From Deinococcus sp. (lineage in GTDB: Bacteria > Deinococcota > Deinococci > Deinococcales > Deinococcaceae): DNA of 64,000 nucleotides. The position numbers were made by a program, and so were the translations under genes. Under the pieces are notes generated by a model. The model searched no databases. It saw only the letters and a program-made list of their open reading frames with translations, and had not been told where the DNA came from. The first letter of the stretch is position 1; the number at the start of each line of letters is the position of its first letter. The DNA is taken from positions 128,001-192,000 of the forward strand of contig OZ253375.1 in the NCBI GenBank assembly GCA_965261005.1, written 5' to 3'. This document shows positions 1 to 10,641 of this stretch, piece by piece.

Positions 1-308
1 AGAACGACCCCAACGACCCGGTCTCGCCGGGCGAGCGCTACGCCAAGGTCTACGAGATCAACATGCTGCGCTGCATCTTCTGCGGCATGTGCGAGGAGGC
101 GTGCCCCACCGGCGCGGTCGTCCTCGGCAACGAGTTCGAGATGGCCGACTACAAGTACCGCGACTTCGTGTACGGCAAGGAGGACATGCTGGTCGGCCAC
201 ACCGGCACCCTGCCGCAGCGCCGTGAGGCCGCCATGAAGCACAAGCCCGTGCGGGTCGGCTTCGAGGTGGAGCCGCGCGCGGAGCTGGAGGGGGTGAAGT
301 ACCCGTGA
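1..308 (+). CDS. nuoI: NADH-quinone oxidoreductase subunit I (5' truncated by window)
   Basis: [12 protein letters not shown] 4Fe-4S motif; directly upstream of nuoJ. Confidence 0.95.
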   Translation, partial: NDPNDPVSPGERYAKVYEINMLRCIFCGMCEEACPTGAVVLGNEFEMADYKYRDFVYGKEDMLVGHTGTLPQRREAAMKHKPVRVGFEVEPRAELEGVKYP

Positions 309-868
309 GCGGCTTCGCCTTCATCGTCATCGCCTTTCTGATCATCACCGGCGCGCTGATCACCGTGATCGCCGCCAACGCGGTTCACGCCGCCCTCGGG
401 CTGGTCGCCACCTTGGTGAGCCTCGCCATGATGTACGTGACCTTGGAGGCGCACTTTTTGGCGGCCACGCAGGTGATCGTGTACGCGGGCGCCATCATGG
501 TGCTGTTCCTCTTTGTGATCATGCTGCTGGACGCGGCCCGGCCGGTGCGGGCGGTCAACCCGATTCCCTTCGTGACCGAGGTCGCGGCCGGGGGCGGCGT
601 GCTGCTGGCGGCGGCCTTCGGGCTGTTGGCCCTCTCGTGGCGCGCCCCGCTGCCCGCCGCCGCAGCGGCGGCCAAGCTGGCGGGGGGCGCCCCCTACGTC
701 ATCGGGCAAACGCTGCTGTCGCGCTTTGTGCTGCCCTTCGAGGCGGTCAGCATCCTGCTGCTGGTGGCGGTGGTCGGCTCGGTGATCCTGATCCGCCGCC
801 CAGCCCCACAAGACGAGCCGGTCCCCGAGGCAAAGCCGGTCGAGGGCGGCGAGCGGGTGGGGGCGTAA
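305..868 (+). CDS. nuoJ: NADH-quinone oxidoreductase subunit J
   Basis: Hydrophobic, [19 protein letters not shown] motif, operon order. Confidence 0.95.
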   Translation: MSGFAFIVIAFLIITGALITVIAANAVHAALGLVATLVSLAMMYVTLEAHFLAATQVIVYAGAIMVLFLFVIMLLDAARPVRAVNPIPFVTEVAAGGGVLLAAAFGLLALSWRAPLPAAAAAAKLAGGAPYVIGQTLLSRFVLPFEAVSILLLVAVVGSVILIRRPAPQDEPVPEAKPVEGGERVGA

Positions 869-1170
869 TGGTTGGCACCGAGTGGTACATCGCCCTCTCG
901 GGCTTTCTGTTCGCCATCGGCATGGTGGGGGTGCTCACGCGGCGCACCGCCGTGATGATTTTTTTGTCGGTGGAGCTGATGTTGAACGCCGCCAACCTCG
1001 CCTTTGTCGCTTTCGCGCGGGCTTGGGGCGACTTGATCGCGCAGACGGCCGTCTTCATCATCATGACCCTGGCCGCCGCCGAGGTCGCGGTCGGCCTCGC
1101 CATCATCGTGACCATCTTCCGGGGCCGCGCCTCCACCAACGTGGACGACCTCAAGGAGCTGAGGGGATGA
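868..1170 (+). CDS. nuoK: NADH-quinone oxidoreductase subunit K
   Basis: ATG at 868 overlapping nuoJ stop; [11 protein letters not shown] and [11 protein letters not shown] motifs. Confidence 0.95.
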   Translation: MVGTEWYIALSGFLFAIGMVGVLTRRTAVMIFLSVELMLNAANLAFVAFARAWGDLIAQTAVFIIMTLAAAEVAVGLAIIVTIFRGRASTNVDDLKELRG

Positions 1171-1194
1171 AAGCAATGCTCAGTGTGCGCAACC

Positions 1195-1232
1195 GGATCG
1201 CGGTCGGCCGCGATCCTCATCCGCTCCGCTCG
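1195..1232. repeat. Hairpin plus CGCTCCGCTCG core; probable remnant of a small non-coding repeat
   Basis: GGATCGCGG-TCGG-CCGCGATCC stem; core motif shared with elements at 29.7 kb and 32.6 kb. Confidence 0.45.
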
Positions 1233-1250
1233 AACCGAGGACATGCCTAG

Positions 1251-3140
1251 ATGCTGCCGCTGTACTTATACCCGCTGTTTCCGCTGCTGGGCTTTGCCGT
1301 CCTGATCTCCTTCGGCCGCTCGCTGAGGGGCACGCTGGCCGGCTGGGTCGGCTCCCTCGCGGTGTTGGCCTCCTTCGTGGTGGCCGTGCTCAACTTCTTC
1401 ACCCTCGGCTCGGGGGGGCCGGCGGTTCACGACATCCTCTGGACCTGGCTTCCCGACGTGGCGCGCGGCGGCAACTTGTCGGCGGGCCTGTACCTCGACC
1501 AACTTTCCGCGATTCTGACGCTGGTCATCACCGGGGTCGGCTTCCTGATTCACGTCTTTTCCATCGGCTACATGGCGGACGATCCCCGCTTCGCGCGCTT
1601 CTTCGCCTTTCTCAATTTCTTCGTGGCGCTGATGCTGATCTTGGTGCTGGGCGACTCGTACCCGCTGATCTTCGTCGGCTGGGAAGGGGTGGGCCTCGCG
1701 TCGTACCTGCTGATCGGCTTTTGGTTCGCCGGGCACCACGACAAGAACGCCCGCGACGGCGTCAACAATTCCAACGCCGCCCGCAAGGCGTTCATCATGA
1801 ACCGCGTCGGCGACCTCGGCTTCATGCTGGCGATGTTTTTGATCTTCAACAAGTTCGGCACGCTCTCGATTCCGCAGCTGTTTTCCGGCGAGCTGAACGC
1901 CGCCCGGCCTGCCTTTGAACTCATCTGCCTGCTGCTGCTGGTCGGCGCGGCGGGCAAGAGCGCGCAGCTGCCGCTGACCACCTGGCTGCCCGACGCGATG
2001 GCCGGCCCCACGCCGGTGTCGGCCCTGATCCACGCGGCCACCATGGTGACGGCCGGCGTCTACTTGGTCGCGCGCAGCCACCCGCTGTTCGAGGCGGCGC
2101 CCACCGCCTCCCTGTGGGTCGCGATCATCGGCGCGCTGACGGCCCTCTACGGCGCCCTCAGCGCGCTCAACCAGTACGACATCAAGAAGATTCTCGCGTT
2201 CTCTACCGTGTCGCAGCTGGGCTACATGTTCCTGGCGGTGGGGCTGGGCGCCTACACGGCCGGCATCTTCCACCTGGTCACCCACGCCTTTTTCAAGGCG
2301 TTGCTGTTCCTGGCGGCGGGCAGCGTCATCCACGCCGTCCACGAGGAGCAGGACGTGCGGCGCATGGGCGGCCTCGCCAAGTACATGCCGGCCACCAACG
2401 CGGTCAGTTTGATCGGGGTGCTGGCGATCTCGGGCATCCCGATTTTCGCGGGCTTCTTCTCCAAGGACGCCATCCTGGCCGCCGCTTGGGGCACCCAGCC
2501 CATCCTGTACTGGACCGGCCTGCTGGTCGCGCTGCTGACCGCCTTTTACATGGGCCGCTGGTACCTGCTGGTGTTTCGCGGCTCGTACCGGGGCAACGCG
2601 CATCCGCACGAAAGCGGCCCCATCATGACCGTGCCGCTGTGGATTCTGGCGATTCTGGCGACGGTGGGCGGCTTTCTGGGCGTGCCGGCCTTTTTGCGTC
2701 TACCCAACGCGCTGAACGGCTTTCTGGGCGGGGTCTTGCCGCTGCCGGAAGGGGAGCAACCCCTGACCGCCGAGATCATCCTGACGGTGGCGGCGGTCGG
2801 CATCGCGGTGCTGGGCCTCTACATCGCCTACGCCCGCTACCGGCGCGGCGTCCTGGTCGAGACCCGGCTGGGCGAGGCCAGCTTGCGCGCCCTGTACCTC
2901 GACAATCTCTACGACAGCACCCTCGGCAACGGCAGTAGGGCGGTGGCGCGCGGCCTGTCCAGCATGGACGCGGGCGTGGACGGCGGCATTGTTGGCACCG
3001 CCGAGGCCGTCGCGGCGCCGGGGCGCGCCTTTGGGCTGTGGGAAAACGGCTTCGTGCGCAGCTACGCCCTGAGCATGTTGCTGGGCACGGCGGCCATTCT
3101 GCTGTACTGGGCCTTTGCGGCCCTGGGGGCGACCAAGTGA
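1251..3140 (+). CDS. nuoL: NADH-quinone oxidoreductase subunit L
   Basis: GKSAQLPL, WLPDAMAGPTPVSALIHAATMV, HAFFKALLF motifs. Confidence 0.97.
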   Translation: MLPLYLYPLFPLLGFAVLISFGRSLRGTLAGWVGSLAVLASFVVAVLNFFTLGSGGPAVHDILWTWLPDVARGGNLSAGLYLDQLSAILTLVITGVGFLIHVFSIGYMADDPRFARFFAFLNFFVALMLILVLGDSYPLIFVGWEGVGLASYLLIGFWFAGHHDKNARDGVNNSNAARKAFIMNRVGDLGFMLAMFLIFNKFGTLSIPQLFSGELNAARPAFELICLLLLVGAAGKSAQLPLTTWLPDAMAGPTPVSALIHAATMVTAGVYLVARSHPLFEAAPTASLWVAIIGALTALYGALSALNQYDIKKILAFSTVSQLGYMFLAVGLGAYTAGIFHLVTHAFFKALLFLAAGSVIHAVHEEQDVRRMGGLAKYMPATNAVSLIGVLAISGIPIFAGFFSKDAILAAAWGTQPILYWTGLLVALLTAFYMGRWYLLVFRGSYRGNAHPHESGPIMTVPLWILAILATVGGFLGVPAFLRLPNALNGFLGGVLPLPEGEQPLTAEIILTVAAVGIAVLGLYIAYARYRRGVLVETRLGEASLRALYLDNLYDSTLGNGSRAVARGLSSMDAGVDGGIVGTAEAVAAPGRAFGLWENGFVRSYALSMLLGTAAILLYWAFAALGATK

Positions 3141-4549
3141 TTCACTTCTTCATTCTGCTTCCCCTGGTCGCCTCGCTGGTGCTGGGCGTTTTGCCGGGAA
3201 GAACGCGCGCCGTGCCGGCCGTGGCGGCGGGAGCGGTCACGCTGCTGCTGGGCGCGCTGCTGTGGGCCAACTCGGGCGGCGGGCTGGTCAGCATGCCCTG
3301 GATCGCTTCCCTCGGGATCACCTACAGCGTCCGGTTGACGGGGGCGAGCCTGCTGCTGGCCCTGGTCTGCGCGCTGATGTCCCTGGTCGCCCTGATCTAC
3401 ACCCTGCGCGCGGTGGAGAATCCCGGCACCATGCTGAGCTATATCCTGGCGATGGAGACCGGCCTGCTGGGCATCTTCGCGGCGCGCGACCTGATCCTCT
3501 TCTACGTCTTTTTCGAGCTGGCCCTGATCCCCTCGCTGCTGATGCTGGCGACTTACGGCGGCGAGGGGCGCGTTCCGGCCCTGATCAAGTTCGGCGCCTA
3601 CACGCTGTTCGGCTCGCTGCTGATGCTGATCGCCATCATCGGCGTGAAGACGCTGGGCGGCTCGCCCACCTTCGCCATGACCGATCTGCTGGCCCACAAG
3701 GTCACCGGGGCAACCGGCACCTGGCTGTTTCTGGGCTTTCTGGTCGCCTTTGCGGTCAAGCTGCCGCTGTTCCCCTTTCACGCCTGGCTGCCCGACTTCC
3801 ACCAGCAGAACCACCCCAGCGGCGTGGCCGACCTGATGGGCACCCTTTACAAGGTGGGCGGCTACGGCCTGTTCGCCTTTGCCATCCCGCTGTTTCCGCA
3901 GGCCGCCGAGACGCTGCGCCCGGTCCTGATGGCGCTGGCCGCCTTCACGGCGCTGTACGCCGCCTGGATCGCCTTTTCACAGCGTGACTGGAAGCGGCTG
4001 CTGGCCTACGCCAGCCTCAGCCACATGGGGCTGGTGGGCCTCGGCATCTTCAGCCTGGTCCCGGTCGCCGTGACGGGGGCGCTGTATTTGCTGGCCTTTC
4101 AGGGCGTGTATACGGGGGCGCTCTTCCTCGCGGCGGGCATGCTGTTCGCGCGGGCGGGCACCCTCGACGTGCGCCAAGGGGGCGTGATGACCGGGGCGCC
4201 GGTGCTGGCCGGCCTGACCATGAGCTTGTGGTTCGCCTCCATCGCGGTGCCGGGCCTGGCCGGCTTCGTGGGCGAGTTCTCGATTCTGCTGGGCACCTAC
4301 CAGATTTACCCGTGGCTCGCCCTACTGGCCGGCCTCTCCACCATCGCCGCCGCCGCCTACGCCCTGACCGCTTACCAGCAGACCTACTGGCAGGTGCGGC
4401 CGGAAGGGGCCTCGCCGCTGGCAGACTTGCGCGGCAGCGAGTGGCTGGTGCTGGGCGCGCCGCTGGCCGTCGCCCTCTTCTTCGGGGTGTATAGCGCGCC
4501 GGCCCTGAACTTGCTTCAGCCCGCCGTGCGCGCCTTGGGAGGCGTTTGA
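3137..4549 (+). CDS. nuoM: NADH-quinone oxidoreductase subunit M
   Basis: GTG start overlapping nuoL stop; AFAVKLPLFPFHAWLP, FVGEF motifs. Confidence 0.95.
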   Translation: MIHFFILLPLVASLVLGVLPGRTRAVPAVAAGAVTLLLGALLWANSGGGLVSMPWIASLGITYSVRLTGASLLLALVCALMSLVALIYTLRAVENPGTMLSYILAMETGLLGIFAARDLILFYVFFELALIPSLLMLATYGGEGRVPALIKFGAYTLFGSLLMLIAIIGVKTLGGSPTFAMTDLLAHKVTGATGTWLFLGFLVAFAVKLPLFPFHAWLPDFHQQNHPSGVADLMGTLYKVGGYGLFAFAIPLFPQAAETLRPVLMALAAFTALYAAWIAFSQRDWKRLLAYASLSHMGLVGLGIFSLVPVAVTGALYLLAFQGVYTGALFLAAGMLFARAGTLDVRQGGVMTGAPVLAGLTMSLWFASIAVPGLAGFVGEFSILLGTYQIYPWLALLAGLSTIAAAAYALTAYQQTYWQVRPEGASPLADLRGSEWLVLGAPLAVALFFGVYSAPALNLLQPAVRALGGV

Positions 4550-6000
4550 TGCTCACGGCCCCGAACATCTCCCTGGCCCCGCTGTTGCCCATCCTGATCG
4601 TCCTGGCCGGCGCCGCCGTCGCCACCCTCGCCTTCGGGGCGCAACGCCGCGTGGTGAGCGTGGTCGCCATCGTCGCGCTGCTGCTGTCGGGCTTCTCGAT
4701 GGTGACGCTGTGGGGCGCCAATCTGTCCGCCTTCGGGGGCGCCCTGCGCGCCGACAACGCCGCCCTCGCCTTCGGGCTGGTACTGGTGGCCGGCTCCATT
4801 CTCGCGCTGCTGGTCTCGCTCGACCACGCCGTCAAGTCCCAGGTCAGCTTTCCCGAGTTCGACGCCATGCTGATGTACGCCGTCACCGGCACCCTGATCA
4901 TCGCCTTCGCCGGCGACTTGATCGTGCTCCTCATCGGCCTGGAGATCATGAGCCTCGCCGGCTACGTGCTGGTCACCTTAAAAGGCTCGCGCCCCGCCGA
5001 GGAGGGAGGCCTCAAGTACTTTCTGCTGGGGTCGGTGGGCAGCGCCATCCTGATCTACGGGATCGCGCTCACCTTCGGCGCGACCGGCAGCCTGGACCTC
5101 GCCACCATCGCCGCCCGCGTCGCGCAGGGGCAGGTGCTCAACGGCGCCCTGCTGATTGCGGGCGCGCTGATGATGCTGGCGGGCTTCGGCTTCAAGGTCG
5201 CGCTGGCCCCCTTTCACCAGTGGACCCCCGACGTGTACGGCGGCGCCCCCACCATCGTGACGCTGTTCCTCTCGACGGTCGTGAAGGTCGCCGCCTTCGC
5301 CGGGCTGTTCCGGGTCTTTCAGGGGGCGCTGCCCGCCGCGAACGGCTGGGTGCCCGTCGCCGAGGTGCTGGTCGCCGCGACCCTGATCGTGGGCAACCTC
5401 GCGGCCCTGTTTCAGAGCAACTTCAAGCGGCTGCTGGCCTACTCGGCGGTGGCCCACACCGGCTTCCTCGGCCTCGCCCTCCTCGCCGCCCCCGGTCAGG
5501 GCGGCCCGGCCCTGGCGTACTACCTGCTGGTCTACACCCTGATGACGGCGGGGGCCATCGCGGTGCTGGCCCTGATTCAGCCGGGGGACGGCGGCCTCGC
5601 CATCGCCGACTTGCGCGGCCTGTATTACCGCCAGCCGGCCCTGGCCCTGGCGCTGGGCGCCTGCTTGGCCTCGCTGGCCGGCTTCCCGCCCTTCGCGGGC
5701 TTTTTCGGCAAGTACCTGATGTTTCAGGCCGCCTTTCAGAACGGCCACGTCGCCGTGACCATCATCGCCGCCCTCGCCAGCGTCGTGGCCCTGGTCTACT
5801 ACCTGCGGCCCGCCGCGCTGATGTTCCTGCCGGCGGAGGACAGTTCGACCCGCTTCGTGGTCAAGCAGAGCGCCTTTACGGGCGTCGCCCTGGCCCTGTC
5901 GGTGCTGGGCATCGTGGTGCTGGGCATTCTGCCGGGGCTGGCCTACGGCTGGGTGGCGAGCAGGGGGATGTGGGTTCTGGGGCTGCTGAGCGGCGGTTAG
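4549..6000 (+). CDS. nuoN: NADH-quinone oxidoreductase subunit N
   Basis: GFKVALAPFHQWTPDVYGGAP, KRLLAYS motifs. Confidence 0.95.
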   Translation: MLTAPNISLAPLLPILIVLAGAAVATLAFGAQRRVVSVVAIVALLLSGFSMVTLWGANLSAFGGALRADNAALAFGLVLVAGSILALLVSLDHAVKSQVSFPEFDAMLMYAVTGTLIIAFAGDLIVLLIGLEIMSLAGYVLVTLKGSRPAEEGGLKYFLLGSVGSAILIYGIALTFGATGSLDLATIAARVAQGQVLNGALLIAGALMMLAGFGFKVALAPFHQWTPDVYGGAPTIVTLFLSTVVKVAAFAGLFRVFQGALPAANGWVPVAEVLVAATLIVGNLAALFQSNFKRLLAYSAVAHTGFLGLALLAAPGQGGPALAYYLLVYTLMTAGAIAVLALIQPGDGGLAIADLRGLYYRQPALALALGACLASLAGFPPFAGFFGKYLMFQAAFQNGHVAVTIIAALASVVALVYYLRPAALMFLPAEDSSTRFVVKQSAFTGVALALSVLGIVVLGILPGLAYGWVASRGMWVLGLLSGG

Positions 6001-6038
6001 CCTTTGGTAGAAAAGTTGCCAGGGCAACCGCAAAGGTG

Positions 6039-6148
6039 CCCTTCTCCCTCCCCCCTTGAGGGGGAGGGCCGGGGAGGGGGTAACGAACGCACCCATGAGC
6101 CGATTCGGTCTACCCCCCTCCCAACCTCCCTCTCAGGGGGGGAGGGGC
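6039..6148. repeat. Pair of inverted REP-like palindromic units
   Basis: CCCTCCCCCTTGAGGGGGAGGG unit plus an inverted degenerate copy; same unit at 63.26-63.30 kb. Confidence 0.7.
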
Positions 6149-6249
6149 TATGTAGGCAGTTTCGCCCTCGTTTCGGGACTTTGCGGTTGCTCTGGGTAAA
6201 CCTACCCCCGCTCCCCTTCACCACTCGTCCCACATGCTGAAATAGAGCC

Positions 6250-6600
6250 ATGACCCGCCGCTTCATCGTGCAGGGCACCAACGCGGGCTTCACCTGTGCC
6301 CACTGCGGCGCCGAGGTCGCGCCCCTGCAAAACGGCAGCGTCCGCAACCACTGCCCAGCGTGCCTGTGGAGCCGGCACGTGGACGTGTTTCCCGGCGACC
6401 GCGCCAGCGACTGCGGCGGCCCCATGCGCCCGGTCGGGGCGGAACACAGCGCCAAAAAGGGCTGGGTCCTCCTGCACCGTTGCGAGGCGTGCGGCTTCAA
6501 GGGGCGCAACAAGGCGGCCCTCGACGACCCCCAGCAGTCCGACAGCTATGACGAGCTGATCCGGGTGGCCTCGGGCGACGCGCGCCCGCTGCTGCGCTGA
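6250..6600 (+). CDS. RNHCP domain zinc-binding protein
   Basis: CAHCG...RNHCPACLWSRHVD...CGG...HRCEACG. Confidence 0.9.
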   Translation: MTRRFIVQGTNAGFTCAHCGAEVAPLQNGSVRNHCPACLWSRHVDVFPGDRASDCGGPMRPVGAEHSAKKGWVLLHRCEACGFKGRNKAALDDPQQSDSYDELIRVASGDARPLLR

Positions 6601-6603
6601 TTT

Positions 6604-7845
6604 CTACGAGGCGCGTGGCGCCGCGCTTTGGTCTTGCCGCGCTCTGCGCCGGGCCGGCAAGTACAACAAGGCGTAGATGCTGACCACCGAGAGGGCGTAC
6701 ATGGTCAGCGTGAAGCCGAACAGCAGGTGAAAGGCGCCCTCGAAGCCGAGGGCGCTTTGAATCGCGCCGCTGCCCAGGCTGGCGACGGCCCAGCCCGAGT
6801 CCCAGCCGATGGTGTTGACGGCCGCGTACATGCCGCGGTCCTCCTCGGGCAAGCTGTCCATTGCGTAAGCGCTGTACACCGGGCTGGCCGCGTTCATCAG
6901 GGCGCCCCGCGTGAAGAGGGCCACCGTCACCATCCACAATTCGGGCGCGAAGCCCAGAATGGCCAAAAAGGGAAGCGACGACCCCTGCACGATCAAGATG
7001 GCCCACAGCCGCCCGAGGCGCGCCACCAGCCACGGCTGCACCAAGACGGCGACCACCGTGGCGAGGCTGGTCCAAGCGAACAGCTGCCCCAGGCTGGCGT
7101 AGGACACGCCAAACTTGCCCTGGATGAAGACGTTCAGAAACGGAATGACCGCGCCCGCCCCCAGGCCGACGAAGACGTTGGGCAGCACCAAGCGCGCCAT
7201 GCCCCCTTTGTCCTGAATGGCGAGGGTGCGCCCCGGCGCCCTCGGCTTGCCGCTGGGCCTCAGGAATCCCAGCGGAATCAGGCCCAGCAGTTGAAAGGCG
7301 CCGCCGGCCAGCAGGGCAGCCCGAATGCTGCCCAGGTCCTGCGCGCCCAGCCCCACCAGGGCGCCGTACCACCCTGGCACCCGTCCCCCGACGATGTTGC
7401 CGAAAAAGCCCGCCCCGGTCATCAGGGCCGTCTGCACCGAGAAGAGCGAAACCCGCTCGGCCTCGGTCGAGTTGTTGGTCATAAAGGGCGCCCCCGACAC
7501 CACCAAAAAGGCCGCGCCCACCCCTTGCAGCAGGGCGCCCGCGATGGTCTGCGCGGCGCCGCCCGCCGTGGCGAGCGTTAGAAAGCCGCCCACCGCCAGC
7601 CCCGCCCCGAGTTGCAGCGTGCGCGCGTAGGAGACGCGCCGCGCCAGCGCCGCCGCCGGTAGGCCCGCCACCACCAGGGACAGCGCCGGCAGGGCGTTCA
7701 TCAGGCCCTGAAACTCTGCGCCCAGCCCCAGCGCCTTGAGATAAAAGTTGAGGAACAAATTCAACTGCGCCTGCGCCAGGCCAAAACCGAAGGTGCCCAG
7801 CAAGAACAGCCAAGCCTGCTTTGAAAAGCGCCACTTGACCTTCAA
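6604..7845 (-). CDS. MFS transporter
   Basis: About 12 hydrophobic segments; probable TTG start overlapping nth stop. Confidence 0.85.
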   Translation of the reverse strand: MKVKWRFSKQAWLFLLGTFGFGLAQAQLNLFLNFYLKALGLGAEFQGLMNALPALSLVVAGLPAAALARRVSYARTLQLGAGLAVGGFLTLATAGGAAQTIAGALLQGVGAAFLVVSGAPFMTNNSTEAERVSLFSVQTALMTGAGFFGNIVGGRVPGWYGALVGLGAQDLGSIRAALLAGGAFQLLGLIPLGFLRPSGKPRAPGRTLAIQDKGGMARLVLPNVFVGLGAGAVIPFLNVFIQGKFGVSYASLGQLFAWTSLATVVAVLVQPWLVARLGRLWAILIVQGSSLPFLAILGFAPELWMVTVALFTRGALMNAASPVYSAYAMDSLPEEDRGMYAAVNTIGWDSGWAVASLGSGAIQSALGFEGAFHLLFGFTLTMYALSVVSIYALLYLPARRRARQDQSAAPRAS

Positions 7846-8483
7846 GCCACGCCCACCTTCGGGCAGTGAGCTTCCAAGACGCACCCGCCGCACAGCGGCT
7901 TGCGCGCCAAGCAGATCCGCCGCCCGTGCAGAATCAGCGCGTGGTGCAGGAAAATCCAGTCCCCCTCGGGAAAGAGGGCCGTCAGGTCGCGCTCGACCTT
8001 GTTGGGGTCTGTCTCCACCGAGAAGCCCAGCCGCCGCGCCAAGCGCCCGACGTGGGTGTCCACCGCGATGGCGGGCCGCCCGTAGGCGTTCGACAAGACG
8101 ACGTTGGCCGTCTTGCGCCCCGCTCCCGGCAAGGCCACCACCGCGTCGAAGTCGTTCGGCACCAAGCCAGAGTGGCGCTCCAAGAGCAATTGCGCCAAGC
8201 GCACCAGGTTCTTGGCCTTATTGCGGTAGAGGCCGATGGACCGGATGTGGGTTTCCACCTCCTCCGGCGTGGCGCGGGCGAGTTCAAACGCGGTGGGGTA
8301 CTGCGCGAACAACCCCGGCGTGGCGGCGTTCACGCTCACGTCGGTCGCCTGCGCCGACAGGACGGTGGCGACCAGCAGCTCGAAGGGATTGCGGTAGGCC
8401 AATTCAGTTTTGGCGTCCGGATAGGCGGTGCGCAGCAGCTCAAGCACGGTCAGGGCGCGGCGCACTTCTGTGAGGGGAGGCAT
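7842..8483 (-). CDS. nth: Endonuclease III
   Basis: LSAQATD, HhH LPGAGRKTANV, VDTHV, C-terminal CxxxxPxCxxCxxxxxC cluster. Confidence 0.95.
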   Translation of the reverse strand: MPPLTEVRRALTVLELLRTAYPDAKTELAYRNPFELLVATVLSAQATDVSVNAATPGLFAQYPTAFELARATPEEVETHIRSIGLYRNKAKNLVRLAQLLLERHSGLVPNDFDAVVALPGAGRKTANVVLSNAYGRPAIAVDTHVGRLARRLGFSVETDPNKVERDLTALFPEGDWIFLHHALILHGRRICLARKPLCGGCVLEAHCPKVGVA

Positions 8484-8531
8484 GGGCAAGCCAGCATAGC
8501 GCCCCAAAGTTCTGAAGGGTCGCCCGCCTCT

Positions 8532-9627
8532 TTACTCCTCGTCTCCCGCGCCCTCGGCCGCCCGCTTGCCGGCCAGCCACTCCAGGCCCGCCCACATGAA
8601 CTCGCCGAGGTCGCCGTCGAGCACCGCCGCCGAGTCGTGCCTCATCACGCCGGTGCGGTGGTCCTTGACGTACTGTTTGTCGAGCACGTAGGAGCGAATC
8701 TGGCTGCCCCACTCGATCTTCTGCTGCTCGCCGCGCGCCCGGGCGTCCTCCTCCTCACGCTTTCGCATCTCCATGTCGTAGAGGCGCTGCCTGAGAATCT
8801 GAAAGGCCATCTCGCGGTTCTTGATTTGGCTGCGCGTCACCTGAATCGCCACGATCAGGCCGGTGGGCAGGTGGGTCACGCGCACGGCCGAGTCGGTGGT
8901 GTTGACGCCCTGGCCGCCCGCCCCCTGCGAGCGGTACACGTCCACCCGCACGTCCGAGTCGGGAATCTGAATGTCTATTTCCTGCTCGGGCACCTCGGGC
9001 ACCACGTCCACCGAGGCGAAGGAGGTGTGGCGGCGGTTGTTGGAGTCAAAGGGGGAGACCCGCACCAGGCGGTGAACGCCGTGTTCGGGGGCCATCATGC
9101 CGTAGGCGCGCTCGCCCCGGATGATGAATTGGGCGCTGGTCACGCCGGCTTGGTCGCCGGCCTGCTCGTCCAGCAGCTCCACCTTGAAGCCGTTTCGCTC
9201 GCCCCAGCGCATGTACATGCGGGCCAGCATGCCGGCCCAATCCTGCGCCTCGGTGCCGCCCGCCCCCGGCTTGACCAGCACGATGGCGGGGGCGCCGGCG
9301 TGCTTCATGGTAAATAAGGTCTCGCGGTACAGCGCGTCCACACCGGCCTGCAAGGTCTCTTGCTCGCTTGCCAGCAGCTCTTTTTCCTCGCCGGAGGCCA
9401 GCTCCAGCATCTCGGACAGCCCCTCGGCGTCGCCGCTGAGGGCGCCGTAGCTGTCCACCAATCTGCGCAGCGAGGTCGCCTCCTGCGTGACGGCGCGGGC
9501 GTGGTTTTGGTCGTTCCACAGAGCCGGGTCTTCCAACTCGTGGTCCAATTCGTTCAGGCGCTTTTCCTTGGCGGGAATGTCAAAGATACTCCCGGAGGGC
9601 GGCCAGCTTTTCAAGCAGCTCTTCCAT
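8532..9627 (-). CDS. prfB: Peptide chain release factor 2 with programmed +1 frameshift
   Basis: SPF and GGQ motifs; short [18 protein letters not shown] ends at CTT-TGA-C (9585-9579) preceded by GGGAG. Confidence 0.96.
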
Positions 9628-9646
9628 AGCAAAGGGAAGTATACGC

Positions 9647-10300
9647 CTACAGCGGTGTCTCGGGCTGCCCTTGCACGCCGACCCACAGCACCCGCGCGCC
9701 AGGACTCAGCAGCACCTCGGCGGGCACGTACATCTTCCAAAAGTCGTTCCAAGGCACCACGTCCGGCAGCCCCATGGCGGTTTGCAGGTCGTTTTGGTAG
9801 TTCGAGCAATAGAACGTCCCCGGCTGGTTGCTGAGGTTGTAGGCCGAACCGTTCAGACGCCGCACCTCGGCGCGCATGGCCGGCAAGTTCGCTTCTCGCA
9901 CGCCCACGTCCAGCACGATCACGGCGTAGCGGCTGTACAGGTGCGAGGTGGGGTACACCCCCGCCCCGCCCTCGAAGGGGCTGATGGACTCGGCCAGCAG
10001 GCCCGGCCCCAGCTTGCGCGCGACGTGCGAGCACGGTCCCCAGAAGTTGACCGCCTCGGCCCGGCGCCAGCACGCCAAGACAATGCTGCCGGCCGGGGCG
10101 CGCGTCAGGGCGCCGCGCACGCTGGTCAGCTGCGCCGCCGGCACGCGCTGATCGAGCAGCAGGCGCGCCGGGTCAAGCCGCGCGTCCCAGGCCGAATCTG
10201 TCTTAAAGTCCAGGGCCAGCACGCCCTGGGTGGCGATGGGCGCGCAGCTGGACAGTCCCAGCCCACCGGCCAGCAGCCCGAGAAGAAGGCGCGAATGCAT
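9647..10300 (-). CDS. Lipoprotein, probable permuted papain-like (YiiX/YebB-type) enzyme
   Basis: Lipobox LSSC; SHVA (His) precedes FYCS (Cys). Confidence 0.55.
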   Translation of the reverse strand: MHSRLLLGLLAGGLGLSSCAPIATQGVLALDFKTDSAWDARLDPARLLLDQRVPAAQLTSVRGALTRAPAGSIVLACWRRAEAVNFWGPCSHVARKLGPGLLAESISPFEGGAGVYPTSHLYSRYAVIVLDVGVREANLPAMRAEVRRLNGSAYNLSNQPGTFYCSNYQNDLQTAMGLPDVVPWNDFWKMYVPAEVLLSPGARVLWVGVQGQPETPL

Positions 10301-10419
10301 GCCTCAAGTTAAGGTATGAAGCTTTGGTGAGATGGTGATTTCCTCGACAGAGCCGTTATTTGAGTTGTTTTGCTTGGTAAAGCGGTAAAGCCAACATCAT
10401 CAAATTCACACACCGTGTT

Positions 10420-10632
10420 ATGTTGGCGGCAGCTATGTTTGCCACCAACAACCGCGCCGGCTGCGTCACGGGCATTCTGATGCTGCTGCTGGTGTTGCTC
10501 AACGTCGGCGAGGTGATCTCGCTGGTGATCAACGTCACGCACGGCCACGCCCGTTGGCTGGGCGACTTGTTGGTGGCGGCCGTCCTGAACGCCATCGGCT
10601 TTTACCTGTTGCGGCTGGCCAGAGAAGACTAG
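10420..10632 (+). CDS. Small membrane protein
   Basis: Two hydrophobic helices; fills an intergenic gap. Confidence 0.55.
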   Translation: MLAAAMFATNNRAGCVTGILMLLLVLLNVGEVISLVINVTHGHARWLGDLLVAAVLNAIGFYLLRLARED

Positions 10633-10641
10633 ATTGCCCGT

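Noticed and set aside
8532..10073. 513-aa RF2 with long N-terminal extension
   Set aside because: The extension overlaps the lipoprotein gene; the real start is 9627 via frameshift.
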